A stretch of 64,000 nucleotides of DNA, from NCBI GenBank assembly GCA_030141605.1, contig JAQGDQ010000115.1, positions 372,001 to 436,000 on the forward strand, read 5' to 3'. Made by a program: the position numbers and the translations under genes. Source of the stretch: Tubiluchus corallicola (lineage: Eukaryota; Animalia; Priapulida). Position 1 is the stretch's first letter; every line of letters starts with the position of its first letter. Below, in pieces: positions 28,991-40,400 of this stretch. The notes under the pieces are model-generated. The model ran no database searches and was not told the DNA's origin. It was given only the letters and a program-made list of their open reading frames with translations.

Positions 28991-29588
28991 TCACACCCGT
29001 GGCACTTTGTAAGAGCAATTTAATTAATTGTTTTTTCTCTTGGAGGACTGTTGGCTGCTGCAGTTTCTTTACGAGTATTTACACTTTCAGTATAAGAAAT
29101 CTTCGACAGTTACGCGCTTGAATGATTTCTTGTAATAGTGTTGATGTTCAGTTATTCTCATCGAAAACGACTGAATGATCTGAAAGTGGTTTTAGCAAGC
29201 CACAGCACGGCTGTGTCTAGTGTTTGCTGGATTAACTGCTGTATTTACCTGTTTTGAGCAGATTTCTGCTATACTGGAAATCTGCCTGCCCTATGTCTAC
29301 AATAGCCGTATAATACGCTTGCAATGACGTACTGGGCTTGGTGTAGATACGGCACCTACTAATAGATCTATTTATATAATATAACATTATTTCTGTGGTA
29401 CCACTAGGAGCAGAGAAGGAGCTTTGCCATATAGCCTACTCTCAGGATCTATTCAATGGGCAGAAACTTTAAATGGTTCGCCATGAAGAAAGTGGTACAA
29501 TTACATAACCTTCTTTGGGGAGGTATAAAGCACCGAGGAACAGCACAAAACCTGTATTTGTACCTGTAGCTGAAAATTTGAAACACTT

Positions 29589-29909
29589 GAGAATCTGCCA
29601 TGCCCTCAATATTTGCCGTGGAAAGCTCGCCTACCTCATAAACTCTGTAATTTGACTAGAGTGAATTGAAAACGTTGGGAATCATTTTTCGATCTCAGTG
29701 CTCAACCAGAAAGACAGGATGGAGGCTAAGATAATTCAAGAATATGCATTGATAATTCTAAAGACAAGCTTGTGAGACACCTGCTAGCTGTGAAACAGGA
29801 TCTAGTGTTTGCAGGACTCGAAGATAAAAGATCTCCTCAAGTCGCTCCATCTATGGAAGATGCACGAGGCTTTATTTGCCGCTAAATACTGAGGGCATGG
29901 CAGATTCTC
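29589..29909. mobile_element. MITE-like element with ~26-bp terminal inverted repeats
   Basis: GAGAATCTGCCATGCCCTCAATATTT ... AAATACTGAGGGCATGGCAGATTCTC. TSD not evident. Confidence 0.7.
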
Positions 29910-32900
29910 TATTGATTTCTATTACTGCTGAAACAATATGAATGCACGTTAGCCCTGCCTACAAGCTGCTGAAATAGTAAAATGCAGCGAAGTTCAAATA
30001 ATAAAATTTTAGATTTTTTAAATTACTGCTTTACTGTACAATTACCTATTGCTAGACTCATTTTGCTATTTCTATGCTTGTCACATCATGACATATAGAA
30101 GAAAATGTCCAAATTCTATGCAAAGTAAATTTTTTTAATAAGAGCCTTTAAATTTTGTACAAATTAAACAGTGTCTGTTTTGTAAATTATGTGAGAAAGT
30201 AATGTATGTTTTATCAAGTACGAGGAAAAAAGGATACATGTATGTGTGTACTTATGTATTTTGTGTGTATATTTGTTCAAAGATATTATATATGTGTATG
30301 CAATTTACAAATACAATATTTAGATGATAATTGTGAACTCATATCGTTTCAATTGTGTAGAAAGTTTTTGGCCACTTTTTGAACCATACTTGCTAATGTT
30401 ATGCCAAAAGCTAAAATCTTTACAAATGTTTTAAACACTTTAATTCTGTTATGTTTTAGTTTAGTATTAAACTGAATCGTAATCGACAATGTTGAATCTT
30501 TTGTCGTTGCTACAGTACGAAACAGCAGTATTTTTGTATATATTTGTGCCTATCTTCCATTAGGCCTCAAATTTAAAGCACATGCTGCTGTTTGGCTTCG
30601 CAGCAAATTTACATGGTCCCATTGTCAAGCCAATCGAGTAAAGAGCAGTATCTACGGAGGCCATACGCTGAATCGCTTTAACTGTATTTACAAAACAACG
30701 GGTTGACTTCTTTTTTGGTACAAAAGCAGTCAATCAGATGCTTATGTTGGAAAGTTTCATCTTTAATGGCGGTATATTTATTTGGGGGCAGCACTGCAAA
30801 CTTTGATTGCATTTTTCTCAAAAGTAAATATTTGTAGTTACTGGCCTTTATTTTTACACGGCTGAATGTGTTTTATTGCACAAACTATCAACATACGTTG
30901 TTGTTGATGTTGTTTTGATAGCGCTGTTATTAAAAGTTGTACGTTCTTCTTTAGGCCGACTTTCAATTTGAAACATGTCTTACTAAAAATCATTTCAATT
31001 AACTCAGAAATCAATGAGAAAGCTGTGCAGAATAGAATTTACGATTTTATTACATAAATGAAATGATGACGAAATTCTGATTTATGCCAAAAGATCATAA
31101 CATTGACATTGCACAATGTAATCTAGCCTTAATCTACACGTCATATTCCCCACCTTCAATGCCTTTGAACTTTTTATCAATCTGTAGTGCTTATACAACT
31201 CATACAGTGCATTTTTGCAAGCCTTATCATGGAAAGTTACCCATTGCGCAAAAACTACTGCTTAAAATAAAATTTCATTACAAATAAAAGAAAGAACGCC
31301 ATCTGTTTAGTAAAAATGCAACAAAATCTCAATATTGACAAAACTGTAGTTACTGCTCTTTGCACGGCAGTATTAATAACGCGATTAAATAAATTCCCTA
31401 TAAAAATAATGTGTTGGTATATACCGTTTCTTTGGCATGGCTCGGATTTAGACTAGAAAAGTCAGTAAACAACTGATTTATTATTATTTTAACTGTTTTT
31501 TCTTAATAATTATAACTACAAAACACTTTTTTCGTAAATTTGTTGCCTAATTAATTCGAAAAAATGAAATGCTTTACTATTTTCAATGCGTCGTGTTGGG
31601 TATCAGTGCGTGTCCGGATAGTACGCCTTCATATAGAAGACGTATGTATAGGAACGTCTTTTAGGATCAGAATCACTATGAAGAAAGAGCAGTATACGTT
31701 ACTACTAAATCAGTCAATGTCAAAAAACCTGACAGACTCACAAACTGCATGGGTTTGGCATAGGGGGCGGCATGGCTAAAGAATCGTTATGCATGTTAAT
31801 TGTGAGACATCAAAATTAAAACATTCTGCTATGAACTTGCAGTGTTTAGGAGCAAGTAGAACAAGAGTAGAACTTCCTGTAAAGAATTCACCTTTTCACA
31901 TACACAAATTGCACTCAACGGGTATTTTATGCACATTTTACTGTTTTTTAAACATAGCTTATTTGGTTCAGATTAGGCTGTTTTTAAAACTGATTCACGA
32001 ATCCGTGAATGTACAAGCAAAGGCACAGAAAAAAAGTAATGCAAATGCAACAAAATCAAATAGTTATACATTCACACAAATACACATAAACAAAGAAATA
32101 TACACGCAAAGTTAGCAGACGTGACGCAATAAATAATATAACAATTGAATAATAACAATGGCTGTCTTAACATTTACCGTAAAATACATAAAAGGAATCC
32201 TGAGTTCTGATCACATAAAGACATTTGGTTCTCCAGATGTAATTTTGAATGCTATCAAAACTTTACAATTAATAGCAAGATTTAAAATCATCACTTCCAC
32301 AAAGATGCAACGACAGCAGTTCACTATTACTATATTGTAAAATATTGATAGTTAAAAGCAATAATTATTGACTGAACATAGCATCTATTTTTTGACAATA
32401 TAGTGAATGCATTATAGGAAGAAATGTTCTGAGTTTTCAAAATAATAATCACAACCACAATTTGGAAATTTCCACACTACGGGAACTTGGTATTTTATGC
32501 ACATTTTGTTCAGACCGATTACATGGGTCTTTGATTTTGTGCTACGCTTGGTGCTCACAAGCAAGAGTAGAGATTTTACAGAAGGTGCTACTGCAATACG
32601 ATCTGTCACCCGTAGAAAACAGCACACCCTGCGGATATATCAAATCAAGCAGACTCAAAATGTTTAAAAAGACAGGTTTATTGTGAGATAAACGTGCAAA
32701 GGAACACGTATTTGAAAAATGTGACAATTTCTTAAAGAACGATTGGAGTTATATTAATTTTGTTTGTGCGTTGTTTCTTCTGGGACACTCTATGTAATGG
32801 TAGGTAACACAGGTTACTTCCGCTAGTTATTCTATGCTTCGTTTAAACATTTGACGAAAAATTTAGGCCGCATGCTGTACAATAGGCCAAACATGAATAT

Positions 32901-34490
32901 AACACCTGTACAAATGGACGGATAATCGTTTCAATAATATCAAGTTGCGCTAGCTCTATGAAAAGTTTTATGGACGTAATATTATTAGTAAAATGTGCAC
33001 ACGTATAGCTTTGCTAGACGTATATGACGCAAAGTAAGTATGCATAGGTAACCTCACTGTTGCTTTTATTAACTCTCACAGTATACTTTATTGAACTTTT
33101 TGCCCACTGGAACTCCCGTTTCGAAACCCGCCTTTTGCCACGTCACAGACATGCCTTTACACGGGAAGTCACGAATGTCGTGCCTCTAAATCACGTGAAC
33201 TGAACGATAACTTAGCGCTCAGATTGTACGTAGGTTGAATTTTCAGGAAGTCTCATAAAAGATTCAATTCAGTTGTTTTTTGTCGATAAATTCGCACGTT
33301 TAGCGGACGAATTGGCGTTTCTTAACTTTGAGCTTTTATTTTTTTGTTTTTTGTTCAACCTACATCACAATTTGGATACAATATGCATGTATTTGTATTT
33401 GTCGTTTGCAAACAGACGTGGGCTTTACAGATGAACATGACAAAAACGCTGCAAAACGTTCGGGCCACCCAGCCATTAACATAAATAGCACACAAAACGG
33501 ATTACAGTAGTTTGATCGACAAGTGGTGGTCAACAATAAATGATGATCAGTGAACAGTTTATCATATAAGATGTAAACTATTAATATTACCTATAGGATT
33601 TTAGTGATGATTGAAGCATAAACATGTAACCCGGAGTGAAACAATTACATAGCACACAAAGTATTCGTTAGGCCTTTGTGGTTTCTTAGTGTTTTGCGTG
33701 ACAAGAGTTTGCCCTGTGAATGCTATTTCTTCTAGTGTCTTGTCTTTATAGTGTAATGAGCGCACAATCACCAAATGTCGGAAGTGAACCGAAAAAGTGG
33801 AAAGCGCAAAACGTCAGAATATGCTCCAGATTTGAACCCATTCAAATTACAAGTCGCCGGAACTCACTAAACTATTAAATCACACAGTCACATCAGAATA
33901 GGTCTTGATGCTACATGTATCTGTAGGCCTATTAATTTCTCGCCAACTACCATATTTGTGTGCGTGTACTTAAAATTAAATTAAAACCTTGCCTGCAACT
34001 AGAGGCCATTTATGCAAATATGCATATAATTGACATAATGTTGTCTTGATTATGGCAGGCATTCATTAGTTCTAGTTACGTAATTATTTTTATTATTCAT
34101 TACAACCTACTCAAGTCCTACTGTATATATATCACGTATATTGGTTTAGTATGTATGTCACAGAAGCCCGCACAGTCCATAAATTTGCTGTACACTGCAT
34201 CGGTTAATATCGGACGATTTTTAAGTACAGTGTTTATTGATTTTCTGGATGAAAATTGCCGTGTAATATTACAGCACAGTTTGGCTGAGTCCCGTCCCAG
34301 TGTGAAATGACACAGTCTCTAGATCTTAGCATATACTATTGTGGCAGTTGTGGTAATTGTAGCTTGCATAGTGATTTGTTATTTTTCTTTTGTAGGTTCA
34401 ACTGTATTTCGTAACGCTTCTTCTGGTTTTGAAGTAAAAGATATTAAACTGATATGAACTTGAGCGAATAACGTCACGCCACGTACAGCA

Positions 34491-37400
34491 ATGACGTCAG
34501 ACACGTTGCGATCAAGCGGCGAACCGACGCGGTACGATCCGATATATCGTTCCGTTACTGCAGATATTCTGCAAGGAGGTTTCATTACTGCTACTTGTAT
34601 CCTAGCGTTTTCTTTTCTAGTGGTTCTGCCTGGAATACGAGGAAAAGAGGTAATATACCAGGACTGGAATTTATTTTGCCATTAGTCTTCCAAGCCGAAA
34701 CACTAAACCTGTATTAGACTAGCCACATATTCGGATGTGTCTGTACACCCTCCCTGATGGATAGAAATAGTCGAGAACCGGGTCATGGTGACTGACCCAG
34801 GTGACCCAGTTTCACAAAAATTTGGCGCAAGGCATTTTATTTATTTTATTTTGTTCACGCCCAATAGCAAAATAGAATAAAAACAATATATAGAACATGA
34901 TAATATTATAAATTATATATATGTTGGCAAAATGCACACAAATACAATATTTACAAGACCGTGATAAGGACACGAAGAGACGACCACTTACATGTGTCTA
35001 TTATGTATAAGAAATGTATGTAAATTAACTTTAGTTTTTTAATAACTTAATATTTTGTGCAGTCACATGGGTGCATCATCACCATATGCAGACAAGGAGT
35101 TCCAAATGGGTACAATTCGATTTGAGAAAAAAATGACCAAATGATACCATTGATACGTTAGCGATTGTACGCACGAACAGCTTCAGAGAACCATTTTGCC
35201 TCGTTCCTTTGCAAACACATGGGCAAAAATATGTCAAAAGCAACATCAACTTCTTTATGAATAATTTGATTTAATGCGCCTGTGTTCTAAAGACTTGGTA
35301 GTTAAAAACTCCAGACGCTTGTCTGCTCACCTGCTTGCTTGCTTGTTTGTTTTTTGGATTGTTTTTTGCTGGATGGCAGCGGTTAGGTAACGCTTAAATG
35401 ACGTACAACAAAGTCACAAGGAAGTTCTATAACTTATTTACAAACGTAATATCCAATAAGTAAAAATGACACTTTGTCATTTCAAATTATAATCACTTTA
35501 ATTAATTATCGCAATCAAAAACCTTTCGTAGCTATATATTTTTATCTTCATCATCATCATTATAATCGATTACTGCATTTGTCTATTCATTTTTTGCCAT
35601 ATCATGTTAGCAACGTATTTTAACATTCTCTATGAATATATACATATAATTGCCTGTAATGACATATACGAATTATGAATTCTGTATGTCTGATTGATTA
35701 AAACGTCATAAAATTAGTGATTCATAAAAATGTAAGTGGGTCAAACACCGTTTTAATGTCCTTGACCCTCGTAACACGCCTGATCTGGTTTAGTTGACAG
35801 TGAAAACGACTTTTACCATTGAATTTTGTGTTTTAGCGATGGAGTACCTTCATACGTGGGACTACGAGTATTTTCATCGGTGCTGTCATAATGTGTAAGC
35901 AGCTTTCGTAAACTTTTATAATGGGCTCAAAATTTAATACGCAACAGAGTATTTTAAATTTTTCCGGGTGCTTTAATTTAAAACATTGGATAACTCTTGC
36001 AATTACATACTACCCACTGTTTAACTGCTTGCTAAACAAGTCCTACTTTTAATTAGAGCTTCATTAGATGTGTGGCTGGAATTTTAATAAATAAATTAAT
36101 TTTCAGATTTTCAAAAAGTTCAAAATTTTCATGTGCGTATTTTTCAGTGGCTAATTATGGACAGAATTGGGAAGTTGGTGAAGTCCATGCAGACACACTT
36201 TATAAAGCAAATAATGGAAAAAGCATATCAGCTGATATTGGTGTCAAACTGGGCCTGCGATCTGTGAATATAACATTACATGGTAGGCATTTCTCGTGAT
36301 TTCTGCATTACGACATGAAGTTATTTGTCCAAGTATATCATTCATGATGCAAGTTTTAAGCTATTGTCCAGAAGTCCCAGTCATACAAACTCTGTACTTT
36401 TTGAACTGTGCATATAGTAGTCTAACTATTGTAAAAACTACAGGAACTCCGGAAGAACAGCTCAATGAGACCATTGATTACAATGAAAGATTTTGGTATG
36501 GTTGGGAACAAGGGAGAGACGGTTATGGAAAATATGGTAAGAACGTGACGAAAACTAAGTTTTCTCTATTTTGTTTACTTTTATGGAAATGAAACCCACT
36601 AATTGTATTGTTTAGTAATGTTATTTGTGCATCAGCGTATGGGATCATACGAGTTTGGCAATCATTTAATTAGGACGCTATTTTGAGTCTAGTCGCTCCC
36701 TGATGCTGTAAAAATTTTGACAGTTTTAGCACCTCATAATTTCTCTATTCTTGCCAAAACTGATACTTCAACCAACATTTCAAACTGACTGTTGCATGTA
36801 TGACGGAAGAACATAATGATACTACGTAAATGTCCTAAAAGATTGTATTTCTGTAACGTTTATTCAAACTGTTTAACTTTTACTAATTTTACTACTACTG
36901 CTACTACTACTGCTGCTGCTGCTGCTGCTCCTATTGCGACTGCGACTGCTACTACCACCACCATCACCACCACTAACACTGCTACTACTACTACTACAAC
37001 AACAACTATTCTTATTATATATGTAGCTTTTAAATATAACCAAATCGAATATTCTTAATTTTTATTAAGAGCCGCAGTGACAATAAAAACAGATTAAGTG
37101 ACTAAATAAATAACTGATGAACTTTATATGTATTTTGCTTTAAATATTTTCAATTTTGTAAATATCGATAGAAAGGAGATTAGGCTAACTATCTAATCAA
37201 ATAATTACGTATTTTTTCAGTTTATTATCAAATTCTAATCACATTTGTTAAGAATTTGTAAACTTTTTGACAGCTGACTTTTTCAAAGCCCAGATTAAAT
37301 GGTATGCAGACACATCACAATAACAGTATAATAAGAGCTGCATTCATATACTCATTCAGCCACTCACTCATTCATTCATTCTGTGGCTTGCTTTTTTATT

Positions 37401-40400
37401 TGATCACTTTTTCGTTTGTTTATTCATTCGCTTTCGCATTTATTTATGCTCTTACTCACTCTTTTATTTCTATTCATTATAAGTCATACTCATACATCCA
37501 CTTATTCATTCCTTTTTTTAATTTATTCATTCTTATATTGAATTGCTATACATTTTGCACATTTAGCTCTATTTAAGTTTTATTTCAATTAAAATTTTAG
37601 TTTTTTGTGCCCACCAGTTTGTTTTATTTTCAGCCAGCATTTTCAACAAAATGTACAAGAAAGCTAAACTTAAAGGATTACCGTTTCCCATACTGTGGAT
37701 TGCGGAGTATTTCACGATGGACAAGGGAGCACTAAGATGGGGGCGCTACTATCGTCAAGCTGGATATTATACGCACATTATGATGTGGTACGAGTGTTTA
37801 GTTATCGGAAAATGATTAAAATAATGATTAAAAGTGATTATATAAAAACATTTAGCAATTTTGATTACTAAACATAGCCCTATTATGAATGTTCAATGTT
37901 ACAAACCACTCCCTCGGTCTGGATGTGAACAAATTGCCGTCTGATAAATTGCGTGTTTTCATCTATTCTTTATAATTTTAATGTTATTAAGTAATCATAA
38001 TTGTAAAAAAACTTATTTCAAATTGTCATAAGCATATGAGAAAGTTTGCTAGAATATGTTTGCAAGGCGCATGCGCAAAAGTCTGTAATAAATTTAAACT
38101 TAATGTGGATTAGATTCTCTAATAAAACTGCAAGGGTAAAAATGTTAAATTTTAGCAACAATTATAGGTTGCTTACACGTTAAAATGAATTATTCGTCCA
38201 AGTTAAACAACTTACTATGTGTAAATCTGCGTGGTTTACGGTGGGCAAATAGTTGCACCTGAGCATCATAATCATTACATGACATAAGTTATTACTGATG
38301 CCAGGAGGGACTTCTCGTGAAGCTCAGACTGTGTCGGTTACATTTATAATAATAAACTTAGCGTGCAGAAAGTAATTTTGCTGATGACCTACAAATGCAA
38401 ATGAAGTGTCTGATTTACATTTCAACTGTATATGTTCTGATTTTCTAATAACATTAATTGGAACCCGTAATGATAAATGTGATCAGAAACGTGTAGTTCT
38501 GAGCTCATTAAGTATTGGCGGGCTGTCTGGCTAACTGTCTGCCTGCCCGACTCGTTTGTTGGCTGACCGACTGATTCACTACGTTGTCGCTTTCTTTTAT
38601 TTTCAAGGTCGATCATGTTTAGTTATCCTCTTTTTTATTGCATTGCATTCTAACTTTCTCTCTCTTTTTCTCTCAGCACTCATAAGCATTTTCATTTTTC
38701 TCTCTGTGGCCCTCTATGAGTGCTCACAAACATTTTTATTTACAGGACAGCTTTTCCTTTTTGGTTACCCATAAACATCTCTATTTACAAGTTTTTCCTC
38801 TCTGACTGCTCACAAACATCTCTATTTACAGGACAGCTCTCCTTCTCTGACTGCTCACAAACATCTCTATTTACAGGACAGCTTTTCCTCTTTGGCTGCT
38901 CACGAACATCTCTATTTACAGGACAGCTTTTCCTGTCTGACTGCTCACAAACATCTCTATTTACAGGACAGCTTTTCCTCTTTGGCTTCTCACGAACATC
39001 TCTATTTACAGGACAGCTTTTCCTGTCTGACTGCTCACGAACATCTCTATTTACAGGACAGCTTTTCCTCTTTGGCTGCTCACAAACATCTCTATTTACA
39101 GGACAGCTTTTCCTCTTTGGCTTCTCACGAACATCTCTATTTACAGGACAGCTTTTCCTCTTTGGCTGCTCACGAACATCTCTATTTACAGGACAGCTTT
39201 CCCTCTCTGACTGCTCATAAACATCTCTATTTACAAGACAGCTTTTCCTCTCTGACTGTTTACAAACATCTTTATTTACAGGACAGCTTCTCCTCTCTGA
39301 CTGCTCACGAACATCTCTATTTACGGGACAGCTTTTCCTCTTTGGCTGCTCACAAACATCTCTATTTACAGGACAGCTTTTCCTCTCTGGTTACTCACAA
39401 ACATCTCTATTTACAGGACAGCTTTTCCTGTCTGACTGCTCACAAACATCTCTATTTACGGGACAGCTTTTCCTCTTTGGCTTCTCACGAACATCTCTAT
39501 TTACGGGACAGCTTTTCCTCTTTGGCTGCTCACAAACATCTCTATTTACAGGGCAGTTTTTCCTCTCTGGTTACTCACAAACATCTCTATTTACAGCACA
39601 GTTTTTCCTCTCTGGTTACTCACAAACATCTCTATTTACAGCACAGTTTTTCCTCTCTGGTTACTCATAAACATCTCTATTTACAGGACAGCTTTTCCTC
39701 TTTGGCTGCTCACGAACATCTCTATTTACAGCACAGTTTTTCCTCTCTGGTTACTCACAAACATCTCTATTTACAGCACAGTTTTTCCTCTCTGGTTACT
39801 CACAAACATCTCTATTTACAGGACAGCTTTTCCTCTTTGGCTGCTCACGAACATCTCTATTTACAGCACAGTTTTTCCTCTCTGGTTACTCACAAACATC
39901 TCTATTTACAGGACAGCTTTTCCTCTCTGGTTACTCACGAACATCTCTATTTACAGGACAGCTTTTCCTCTCTGGTTACTCACAAACATCTCTATTTACA
40001 GGACAGCTTTTCCTGTCTGACTGCTCACAAACATCTCTATTTACGGGACAGCTTTTCCTCTTTGGCTTCTCACGAACATCTCTATTTACGGGACAGCTTT
40101 TCCTCTTTGGCTGCTCACAAACATCTCTATTTACAGGGCAGTTTTTCCTCTCTGGTTACTCACAAACATCTCTATTTACAGCACAGTTTTTCCTCTCTGG
40201 TTACTCACAAACATCTCTATTTACAGGACAGCTTTTCCTCTTTGGCTGCTCACGAACATCTCTATTTACAGGACAGCTTTTCCTCTTTGGCTGCTCACGA
40301 ACATCTCTATTTACAGCACAGTTTTTCCTCTCTGGTTACTCACAAACATCTCTATTTACAGCACAGTTTTTCCTCTCTGGTTACTCACAAACATCTCTAT

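Noticed and set aside
36816-37576. Thr/Ala-rich and hydrophobic ORFs in DUOXA intron 4
   Set aside because: They are translations of trinucleotide and (CATT)n simple repeats.
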